NCBI GenBank assembly: GCA_002269645.1
Contig: NIVC01004072.1
Span: 1-61,776, forward strand
DNA: 61,776 bases
From: Macrostomum lignano
Lineage: Eukaryota
Direction: 5' to 3'
Part shown: positions 21,641 through 32,568 of the stretch, in pieces
Numbering within the stretch: the first letter of the stretch is position 1
Layout: each line of letters opens with the position of its first letter
Program-made: the position numbers and the translations under genes
Notes under the pieces: generated by a model
Database searches by the model: none
What the model was told of the DNA's origin: nothing
What the model saw: only the letters and a program-made list of their open reading frames with translations

Positions 21641-22994
21641 GCACTGTACTTGGGCCTCGCAACACACTGGGGGGATCCCTCAACTTGGAGAGCTACCCTC
21701 TGGGGATCCACTAAAACCCCGTGGGAGCTGCGGTAAAGTTTGACTGGAATTCTCTTTGTATGCGGTCTGTTACTCTACCTCCACTGTACATTGGGGCGGG
21801 ATCCTTCCTCATTTAACACCCCGGAGCGCACTGTGCATTGGGGGGCGGGATTCCTTCATCATTTGACACCCGGGAGCGCACTGTACTTGGGATCCGCTAA
21901 AACCCCTATTTGTATGCGGTCTGTTATTCTGCCCGCCCTGTGCAATGTGAGGGGTCCTTGATAACCCCCATTTGGGGAGGATTGGAATGCTCTCTGCCTG
22001 AACTGTACTTGGGATCCCCGGCCCTGGGGAGGAATTTCTCTATGTTACTCCGCCCGCACTGTACATTGGGATCCCCCGGCCCTGGCTCTGGGGGCGTGTC
22101 TCGAATATCCTGGGCTGGATATTTTACTTTGCACCTACATTATATGCTTAATTTTACATACATATGTTGTATTATACTTAACTTCCAGTGTGTGTATTTT
22201 ATCCTATGCACTGAAATTTGTACCTGCGGGTTATTATGCAAAAATGTATCGTTTAAAATGCGCCTACATTATATGCTATGTAATTTTCTTGTATTATACT
22301 CAATTTGCACCTACATTGTGTGTATGTATGCACCTACATAATTGGAATCTAGAGTGTGTGCAATATACTGTGTGTATTTCCACCTATGTAGCGCCTACAG
22401 TACCTGCTTTGTCTATTTCTGCCCATGCACCTACATTGTGTGTTTTTGCTGCTCATATGGTCCAATATGTATTATGCGTCATTATTCACACCTACCAATA
22501 TGTTTTATCTACTTTTTATGTAAATATACGCAATTTCATCTACTATAAGTAGTTTTCACTAGCCTAATATCGCTGACTAGATATCTTACATATCGGGAGA
22601 GTGGTAGAGTGTACATATCGCGAGAGTGTACCCTCGGGGTGCCTGCGGCTCGGTAGAGTGTACACTCGGGGTGCCTGCGGCTCGGTAGAGTGTACACTCG
22701 GGGTGCCTGCGGCATGGGCGCCTGCAGCATGGGCGCCTGCTGCTCTGGAGGGCATACATATCGGGAGGGTGGGCATACATATCGGGGTACATATCGGGAG
22801 GGTGGGCATACATATCGGGAGGGAGGGCATACATATCGGGGTACATATCGGGAGGGTGCGCCTGCGGCATGGGCGCCTAATTGGCGCCTGGATAGCGCCA
22901 CGCGCCTGCGGCGCGCGCGCCAGCCAATGAGAGGCGAGGAGGGTTGACACCCACCCCACCTCCAAAAAGGGCGGATCTACCAGTCCATAGTAGT
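21641..22994 (-). repeat. Right TIR of nested element (~1.35 kb)
   Basis: Reverse complement of 14540-15770, with extra internal repeat copies at about 21795-21855 and 22630-22700. Confidence 0.93.
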
Positions 22995-23000
22995 GACGAG

Positions 23001-23239
23001 ATATTGGATTTAATATGCTGGATTACGCCAATGGTTACTCAATTTTTGCATTCAGTCTTGGAAGTGAACCTGGTGTCGGACGGGGAGTGCAACTGTATAA
23101 GGAAGGAAATGTAAAACTAGAGTTACGCTTCAATGCTGCAACTAGTACCGTGTACAACGTCATATTTGGAGGTATATTTGACAAGCAACTGCAACTGACT
23201 GAACTTCGCGACATTGTTCCTGGCACAGTATGGAAGTAA
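23001..23239 (+). CDS. Major capsid protein, 3' part
   Basis: DIGFNMLDYANGYSIFAFSL...GNVKLELRF...IFDKQLQL continues the MCP frame once the insert and one TSD copy are removed. Confidence 0.92.
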
Positions 23240-23793
23240 TTGATTCTATCCTAGATCGTGGTGTAACAGATCGCTTCCTTCGCAATGTTGTATCGAAATT
23301 GTGCGCACATTTTTTAAATGTTGTATTTCTTGGTGTTTTTCCTCAAAACTTTGTTGGTGGACTTAGACGCTTACCTTTAGACGGTAAAGACTATTTTTTT
23401 ATCGTTAATACTGACGTCTCCAACCTGCCCGGAAAACATTGGGTATGCGTTTGGGTTTATGGTCATCGAGCAGGTCGCGGTAGCAAACGACTTGGTGAAT
23501 ATTTTGATTCTCTTGGTCTAGTACCATTGCCAAGAATAGCAAAATGGCTAGGAAAAGAATGTGGAAATTCGAAAAATTGGTGTTATAGTCGCTTTGCTAT
23601 CCAAGACCCACAGAGTGGAAGTTGTGGATTTTGGGTAATTTTTTATATTTTTCATAAGTTGACTACCAGAGGAAACCTAGAGTGTTTTATTCGAAGCGTT
23701 TTAAAACGGAATATAATTCGCACTGGTTCGTTTCGATACTTGTATGCTAAATTACGCAATTTTGTTTTACGAGTGCTGCCTCAATATTTGTAA
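23230..23793 (+). CDS. Adenain-like cysteine (maturation) protease
   Basis: VNTD...GKHWVC (His), EYFDSLG (Asp) and IQDPQSGSCG (Gln/Cys). Confidence 0.92.
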   Translation: MEVIDSILDRGVTDRFLRNVVSKLCAHFLNVVFLGVFPQNFVGGLRRLPLDGKDYFFIVNTDVSNLPGKHWVCVWVYGHRAGRGSKRLGEYFDSLGLVPLPRIAKWLGKECGNSKNWCYSRFAIQDPQSGSCGFWVIFYIFHKLTTRGNLECFIRSVLKRNIIRTGSFRYLYAKLRNFVLRVLPQYL

Positions 23794-24031
23794 ACTCGCT
23801 AATTTGTGCGTCAAATTGTGTTTGTATCTAGTTGAAATATACAATACTGCTTGAAAAGAAGAATTTAAATGCGTTAAGTTATACGCGAAATAAGCTTTGT
23901 GTCAAATTGAATTTTGGTTGGGCTTGTAATTAGCTGCATTCATTGCGGATAGAATTTAGGTGGATAGACAGGTGGTGTTTGCGTAAAAGTGATTCAGCTA
24001 ATTGGTTAATTCATTGCGTAAAAGCTAGTTT

Positions 24032-24134
24032 GCGTGCACGGCAAATTTCAGACTCTGCCATTTTTTTGGGCCTGTACTTACTATGTATTTCGCCATAAGG
24101 AAATCGGCTTTGTGTCAAAAAAACGTATACTACT
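24032..24134 (-). repeat. Right TIR of outer Polinton
   Basis: Reverse complement of 942-1044. Confidence 0.95.
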
Positions 24135-24543
24135 GATGTGTCACGGTACAAGTCGCTAAGAAACTCATCAAATAGACGCCTTAAAAGTCAGTTGGAGGTT
24201 TCTCCAAAGCGGATAGCGAATAGTAGCGGATAAGCGGATAACTATCCAAAGCGGATCTCCACTGTGAAGCCCGGCTGCTCCGCGTCCGACAGCATAAGTG
24301 CCTCCTTTCGCTCCAGTTTAAACTTCGTACCAAGTTTAAACGGTGACCCACCTGTTCAGCTGCCCCGCAAACCCGACACCCACATAACAGCTGTCTGTTA
24401 TGCGAGATTTATGAGCCAAGTCGATCGAGGTGTCCGCTTCTTTGGAATCGGCCGCCCTACCGACAGGCGGAGACCCCGGCCATGTGTTAATACGCACAGT
24501 CGTTTGAGTTGTTACTTGTTTGAATTAGAAATAAATTACTTAC

Positions 24544-26230
24544 TTATGCAGCAAAGGCGGCGGCACAACCAGAATCAGTAGCTGACCATTTTCGTGCATG
24601 TCTTCCGCAAGGTGCCTAACAAAATGCGCCAATTCTTTGTTCCTGTGGCCGCCAAGCATCGACCAGACCTCAAGCACGGCGCCGTCGAAGCTGTACTTCT
24701 TTAGAAAGTTCACAACAGTCTGAGCGCAGCCGTTAGCCACGTATTGATTGGTTAGCAGCCGGTGAAAATCTTGCGAAGTCCACGACTCAAAAATAATGCG
24801 CGGCACAATGGCAACCTTGCGGGCGGACTTGACAGAACGAATCCAGCCTGCGAATTTCAAAGAAGCAGACAAGTAAATGCATGTATATTACATATTGTGA
24901 TAACAACATACATGTAGCAGCAGTCAAAAGCTTGCCTTTAAAGCGCAAATATCTATGGAGTAAAAAGGCGTCGGTTCTAAGATATCCAGGACAGGCGGAG
25001 GACAAAATCGACTAAACATCAGGACAGGACAGATGGTTTACACAGTCCAACAAACATCAGGACAGATAGAAGACACGATTCACTAAACACAGGGCAGGTG
25101 GAGGATACAATCCACTAAACACCGGGCAGGTGGAGGACACAATCCACTAAGCACAGGGCAGGTGGAGGACACAATCCACTAAACACAGGGCAGGTGGAGG
25201 ATACAATGCACTAAACACAGGGCAGGTGGAGGACACAATGCACTAAACACAGGGTAGGTGGAGGACACAATGCACTAAACACAGGGCAGATGGAGGGCAG
25301 AATGCACTAAACACAGGGTAGGTGGAGGACACAATGCACTAAACACAGGGCAGATGGAGGACAGAATGCACTAAACACAGGGCAGGTGGAGGACAGAATG
25401 CACTAAACACAGGGCAGGTGGAGGACAGAATGCACTAAACACAGGGCAGATGGAGGACAGAATGCACTAAACACAGGGCAGATGGAGGACAGAATGCACT
25501 AAACACAGGGCAGATGGAGGACAGAATGCACTAAACACAGGGCAGATGGAGGACAGAATGCACTAAACACAGGGCAGATGGAGGACAGAATGCACTAAAC
25601 ACAGGGCAGGTGGAGGACAGAATGCACTAAACACAGGGCAGATGGAGGACAGAATGCACTAAACACAGGGCAGATGGAGGTCACATCAATGAAATGCAGT
25701 GACTCACCCTGGTCAATGTCGTGGTCGCCAGTGATGACAAAACCTGTTTCAGACTTTCCTGGCCTCAGCTGCAGCCAAACAGGCGATACAAATGAAAACT
25801 TTGGTCCAAACGTTTTTGCATGATCATAGCCTTTTGAGTTCCACTGTGGGTTAATTAGTACCAAAAGTCACAATAAAGTTTACACTTTTAGCAGAATAGA
25901 ATAACCAAATGAGCTCACAGGTGTTACATAAGCCAGAGTAGCCAGTGGGAATAGTTTAGTCTTGGCGTGGGCATGTGAGTAGGACAAGTGATTGTGAAGA
26001 ATGTCCTTGTAGCTTGGATTCTCGGTAACAAGGTTGCGTTGGGTGACCAGTGAATCAGCTGGAGGCACAGTCTGAATCAATAAGATTGAATGATTTTTTG
26101 TTTTAACATTTAAACCATGACCAATGAGTTATTGCAAATTTAAAACCATGCAAATAAAATACTCATACCACATCCACTGTTGACTTCTTTTTCTTCTTGT
26201 CAGTCTTTGACAAAGTTGAGTCAAGTTGGG
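24544..26230 (-). CDS. CHID1: CHID1 upstream exons (approx. 26169-26230, 25919-26071, 25708-25843, 24544-24847)
   Basis: The exons splice at GT-AG sites to give ...TLAYVTP|WNSKGYDHAKTFGPKFSFVSPVWLQL...HDIDQG|WIRSV...IVPRIIFESW...FDGAVLEVW...LILVVPPP, typical of CHID1. The phase-2 donor below 24544 matches the acceptor at 624-626, giving AA|C CAA in frame. Confidence 0.88.
25080..25680. repeat. 32-bp minisatellite in a CHID1 intron
   Basis: Unit ACAGGGCAGATGGAGGACAGAATGCACTAAAC. Confidence 0.92.
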
Positions 26231-27420
26231 GCACTAATGTTAATATTAAAATCAGGCATACTATAGCATTCATCTTTATTTTCATAAAGTTTTTAAGAAA
26301 AAGAAATGCAAATTTGCTTTTAAAAGTCTTAAAAGTGCTATGAATGTTTAAAAAATCTTTATATACTAAGGCTAATACCTTTGTCTAGCTAGAGATTAGC
26401 CAGGTAAATTTGCATTGCATTTCATAGGATTTTTATAGCTGGGATATGAAACCAGCACCAATCAATACAAGTTTTCCTACAAAGCCACTATTTTTAAAAT
26501 AAGCTAAATGGCAAATAGCCATTGAACACATTGTCAAAGTGACCTAATATTTTTTATAAGATTAAGCTTGGTACATTGTGGCCTTTGGTATATGACAACA
26601 AAGTAGCCCTTGGCAAATGGTATTTAGCATGTAGCACTTTCTGATATATATCACACAATAGTATAGAAAATTTCACTTCTGTCAGACACCTTCCTCATCT
26701 ATGAGGGCTGTCTCAAAAGTAGTATTACTTTTCATTATACCTGTTCTGATGATCCAAATCACATCATTATGTACAAATTTATAGTAGCAACTCTCTTCTT
26801 CATAATAACTTTAAACATTTTTAAAAACAGACAAAGGAAACAAAAGTTATGAAAAAATGTAGCAGGAGTTTGACCATAAGGTAAAGGTGTAGGGTAAGTC
26901 AATAAGTTAGCAAAATTTTGAAGTGGAAGTAGACAAAATGTAGTGACTGGCTGCTAACTGGCTATTCAACAGCATTCACTAGCTTTCCTAAGGGCACTGT
27001 GATACGCTGCACAGTGGCTCAGTCCACCTGATTTAGTGAGAGAGTTACCCTGTGCTGGGCCTAAGTGTTTACCGTCCGATGACTCATCGCCTGAGCGGGT
27101 GTGGCAGCCACACTCAATGTCTTCCCCTCCCACGCTGAGGAGCTGTAGCAGGATGACTCATCACCTACGCGGAGTGTAATGGCTGCCTAGAGGGAGTAAA
27201 CATGATGACTCATCTGCCCAAGTTCTATTTTTAGCACAGAAAAGCACATGACTGTGCATGCACACTGTGTGTGGCCACTGACATTGAGTCACGCCACTGC
27301 TGCCTGACAGGCTTGCCTTATTTAGAAGTTAGCCTTGGATCATGCGTTGCTCGCATGATCCTGATGACCAAATAAGGAAGTTTCACGCGCTCACCACATG
27401 AAACTCACGTGACTTTTGGG

Positions 27421-28311
27421 GTAGGGGGTGACCAGGATGGCCAAAGTCGGGCCCAGGTCAGGCCCGGGAATGAGGACTCGGGCCCGGATCGGGCCTTGGG
27501 AATTTGGGACAAGATCTTTAGGACAGCTCAATAATTGGAAAAAAATCATAATAAATCTTAATACTTTTAGCATATGCTGATTACTATTAAATATATAATA
27601 TATATATAATATATATATAATAAATATATGATAAACATTAAATATATTATAATATATAAATATATTAAATATATAATAATATATAAATATATTAAATATA
27701 ATATATATATAATAAATATTATTATTATTTAATACATTAGTTAAGACTTCAGAATAGATTAGAGTTACATTAAAAGACTTAATACTCAAAATATCAATAT
27801 ACTCAATAGTTCAAATTCAATGTCACTATGTGGCATAAGTACTATATGTGTGCCAGTGACAGTGACACTAATAGGCAGTGAGGTAGGCAAGCAGGCACTG
27901 CGGCAGTGCGGCTGGCACTGGTAGTGGCAGTAAGCAAAAAGAAGAAAAGCTGAAACATTAAGTGTAAGGCACTTGGCATTGGAAGCAGTAAGGAAGTAAG
28001 AACCAAATCAATTGATTGATTCTTTTATTTGAATTTTTAGTTCCTTTACATAGCTTCAATATAAAGAGCCATGTACACAGTCAGTATTCAGTAAGACAAC
28101 AAGACAAGACAAGGCTGGAATTAAAGGTAAATTAGTGTGAATGTGTTGAAAAATAATTTTATTCTTATTTGCACGCAGTTAGTGCCTTTAGGGAAAAAAG
28201 ACGTCCCGATTTCCCGACTTTTTTAGGGTTGGGCCTAGGCCTGGGTCAGGCCACGATTTTGGTCGGGATTCCTGACTTTTTGGGCCCGGGCCCGGGACTG
28301 GGTCGCCCCCT
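27421..28311 (+). mobile_element. Non-autonomous TIR element, copy A
   Basis: Begins GTAGGGGGTGACC and ends GGTCGCCCCCTA. Both arms are homologous, in reverse orientation, to 30303-31436. No coding capacity and no clear TSD. Confidence 0.55.
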
Positions 28312-30302
28312 ATTTGGGGGTCTACTTGGCTATAAATATAGAGCATCTGCAAGCCATTTTTCTCCAGATCGTGTCGTCCAGCCTGGGTTCAACTGGAGCT
28401 GCCTCTTTGCCTCCAAGCTCTCCTCTCATTTCAGGTTTTTTAGGTTTTCAGGTTTGAGCAGCATTCCACTAAGACGATCGACTGTCCAGACATTTCCAGA
28501 TTTGCCTTTGCTACGAGCAACTTTGTTATTTTATTTCAGGTGATGGATAGACAACTCTGCGACGCCTCGAGTTTGCACACCAAGGTGGCAGCAACCCTAC
28601 CAAGTAAAGGCTAACGTTTTAGGTTCAATTTCAGGCAAATCGATAGGTAGTACAATGGTACTATCTAGCTACTTCCGGAGCAGCGAGGTCTAACTTAGGA
28701 ACATCTTAAAGAACTTGGGAAGGAGCAACACACAAATGAGTAACTGGCTGCAATAAATGTATGAAATAATTGTGGTAAATGACTGTGCTAGACCAATGAG
28801 CCAATAAAAGTTGCCCATAAATCTTGGCTGCATTGTGCCCTATCCCCCTAAAGGGTATAAATGATACTTCTCTAAGCAACACTTGAATGCACATCCATGA
28901 TTTTTTGTGCAGCAAAGAGGCAACAAAAAGCAATGAAGCTAAAGCCCAGTGCAAAATTCTGCTGCTTCAAAAGTTTTATGATTCTCAAGTTTTTCCATAG
29001 ATATCTCTTTGTCACAGTAGCCTAACAAAGAATTCTGAGTGCACTCAAGCAAAAGTACTTTCACTACTTTCTACTAGCTTGTTGAAAAACTATAAGTCAA
29101 TGGCAAAGTCTGTGCTACATTTCTGTTTATAATTCTTGCATCTATTGTCTGTTTTACAAGATATTAGAATTAATATGAAAAAGAGAGTTGCTATTATAAA
29201 TTTGTAAATTATTTTTTTTCTAAAATATTAATAATCTATGATAATCTTGTATAACTAGTAGCACAACAATTGCCTGTACACAACTGCCTGCACTATAACT
29301 GCCTGCATGACAACTGCCTGCACAACAACTGCCTATGCAACAACTGACTACACAATTCTAAATCAACAGAAACTATTTGTTACTACTACAGTACATTGGT
29401 TTATTTAGTTATTAACTTGAACAAAAGCAATAGGGAACACACACACACACACACACACAAAGTTATTGCCACAGGCATTTGTTGCACAGTTGTCTCAGCA
29501 GTCTATTGTCATTGCAAGCAGTTGTCATTCAAGCAGGTATCATGCAAACAATTGTCATTCAGGCAGGTGTCATGCAGGCAGTTGTCATTCAGGCAGTTAT
29601 TATGCAGGCAATTGTCATGCAGGCACTTGTGTGCAGGCAATTGTTGTGCTACATTTTTAAACATGTTCAATTATATAGGCATACCAATTGATTTCTTTAT
29701 CTATGAGTACATTAGATGATATCCATATAGACTTATTTACTTTATAGAGAAATGAATCAAATAAGCTAGGCCTAATTTAAAGGATTTTTTAGGCTAATTT
29801 AGATATTGGATACAAAACAAGGCATAAATCTATACCTAAAAAATCAAAACTCTGTGTATATCTCTGTCTGTCTTATTAAGTATAAATAAACAAGTAACAA
29901 AATAATTTACATTGTTAAAATCTTTGACATTTATGATTTGCTTTTTTAGTATATATAGCAAATAGATAGGCTTAGCCTAGATAGCCAAGTTTTTTATATT
30001 TATTTATAACCTAAAAAAGCTAAATAAAACAATTGAGCAAGATATTTCTTCTTGATTGATAGCATAAGCCTAATGTCTAAGCAATAGTGTCAATAATGTT
30101 AAAGTTTCAACTTTCAATGTAAAGGAAGCTTTTGATATCAATATGATAATTCAATGTGAGGGAAAAATTGGGGACTCAAGCAACAAAGACAGAAATTTTT
30201 GACACTGAGCCTTATATGCATATTGGGATTGAAATAGGAGGGGGGCTAAAGTTAAGATATATCTTTTTACTTTCAATATAAAAGTAGCTCCTAAGTAAAG
30301 AT

Positions 30303-31436
30303 GACCCAGTCCTGGGCCCAGGCCAAAAAAGTTGGGAATCCCGACCAAAATCGTGGCCCGACCTTAAAAAAGTCAGGAAATCGCGACAACTCTTTTTTCC
30401 CTAAAGCCTAAAGGCACAAACCGCGTGCAAATAAGAAAAAAATTATTTATTAAATTTATTTATATTGATATAGTGCCTAAGAAGTAACAACTATTTTATG
30501 CACGAATACGGTATTTCTTAGAAAGCTTTTATTCAATTTTGCACGAAAAACTAAATATTTTGTTTAAACGTTGTGATCTGCAAAAATAATTTCGGAAATT
30601 ATTATTTTGTTAAAATTTACGCCGAAAAAGTGTATAAATAGGAGCCCAGATTGGGCCAGGAAAAATAAACCGCGAATCGCTTCGCTTAGCTTCAACTCGT
30701 TTCGTGTTCGTTTGCTGCCTCTTGGCTTCAGATAAGCAAACCTAGAAATCGTTACTCGCAGTATTTTAAAGACTTAGTTATTTGCTAAGATTGAAATCCT
30801 CACATTGAGAGTCAGAAATCCGCTAAAAGCGAGAATCGCCTCAGGGTAGGAAAGTGCTATATTCGCCTCAGGGCAGAGGAATCGCTTCAGAGCAGGAATA
30901 AACGCCTCAGGGCAGAGATTTCGCTTTAGAGCTGTGACCCTCTGATCCCGGGAACGCCAGGACTGAGAGAATAATATCTTTAGAGGAATATAGAAATAGA
31001 ATAGACAGTGCTATTAGACCGCTCAGGCCAAAAAGTACAATAGAAGTACATACGCTACCAATAGAAGTACATGCGCTACCAGTAGAAATACAATTAAAAT
31101 TAACAACCAGTAGAATTGTTAAGGAGAAATAGCTTTGTAACAACTTTGGTTACAGCGGTAGGATTTTGTATCGTACGGGAACACCCCTACGACAATATTT
31201 ATATTTATTATATATTTAAAATATATTATATTATTTTTAATATATTAATATATTTATTATGTATTTAATAGTTATCCACACATGCTAAAAGTATTAAGAT
31301 TTATTATGATGATTTTTTCCAATTATTAAGCTGTTCTAAAGATCTTGTCTCGAATTCCCAAGGCCCAACCCAGGCCTAAGTCCTCATTCTCGGGCCCGAC
31401 CCGGGCCCAACTTTGGCCATCCTGGTCGCCCCCTAC
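30303..31436 (-). mobile_element. Non-autonomous TIR element, copy B (inverted relative to A)
   Basis: 30303-30447 mirrors 28151-28304, and about 31195-31436 mirrors 27421-27720. Confidence 0.55.
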
Positions 31437-32568
31437 TTCTAAGTCCCTGATATCAAGGACTCAAACAACATTTTTGAGACCATATGCATGTTGTGGTTAA
31501 GATAGTAAGGGCTTAAGTTAAGATTAATGAAGGCGATGGAAAAGCCACCCACCTAGCATTTGCAACTATCAAAGAAGGCTAGATTGCAAAGGAGGCTTGG
31601 AAACCAACTGACAAGTATACAAGTAGGTCCTCATTTTTACAAGATTTTACATGGTAAGAATTGGAGATTTTGTTTTGAGTAAAGGTCTTACATTTAGGCA
31701 TTCCTTCGGTATACGATCATTGAAATTAGTGACGATCCCCATTGGAGGGATAGGAAGACGACGAAAGTGCTGTTTTTTCATCAAAATGCAAAACAACAGC
31801 TGGCAACAAGCACTCCAATCCTTTTTATTTATCCATCATAACACAGGCCGTAGCTACAGATCATGTTCGAACGAAAAGAGAAGGTAAGGGGCTTTGTGAT
31901 CCACTTTACGAGTCCTGTATATCCTGTATATCCACTTCGGTTTACGATCATTTGAATGGAAGCAGCATATGTAATGATCGTGAACCGAAGCTAGCGTGTG
32001 CAAAGGGTTGATAGTTGAATTTAATTTCCAAAAATGAATCCATGAAGATCGGATCCTATATATATCCGCTTCGGTTTACGATCATTTAAATGGAAGTGAT
32101 ACATGTAAATGATCGTGAACCGAAGCTACTAGCGTGTGTGTAACAGGGTTCATAGTGCGTGAAATCAATTTCCAAATATGAATCCGTGAAGAGGATCCTA
32201 TATATCCACTTCGGTTTACGATCATTTAAATGGGAGTAATACATATGTAAATGATCGTGAACCGAAGCTAGCCATGTATCGAGATAGCTACAAGCTTTAT
32301 CTGAAATCAAGCACTATCTCGATACATGGCTAGCTTCGGTTCACGATCATTTACATATGTATTATACTCCCATTTAAATGATCGTAAACCGAAGCTGAGG
32401 GGGTGGCAGCGTGCAGAGAATAATAAAGCGTCAAGTTACTTGGGAGCGCACGTTGGCTCAAGACATGTCGATCGCCGACAAGTCTAATTCAAACAACCGA
32501 TTGTCAGAAACTACTGCCGGCGCCGTGCACGGATAGACAGCTTTCAGATCGTTCCAGAACTGCTTCAC

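Larger units (their letters stand above)
14540..22994 (-). mobile_element. Nested 8,455-bp pPolB-only linear element with long TIRs
   Basis: Starts ACTACTAAGGACTGGTAGATCC and ends GGATCTACCAGTCCATAGTAGT. Perfect 6-bp TSD GACGAG (14534-14539, 22995-23000). Only pPolB and a PC4-like ORF lie between the TIRs. Confidence 0.95.
942..24134 (+). mobile_element. Polinton/Maverick (adintovirus-like) endogenous element, outer; no intact pPolB
   Basis: Begins AGTAGTATACG and ends CGTATACTACT. Flanked by a perfect 6-bp TSD GATGTG (936-941, 24135-24140). Carries integrase, ATPase, MCP, mCP and protease. Length is 23,193 bp, or 14,732 bp without the nested element and one TSD copy. Confidence 0.96.
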
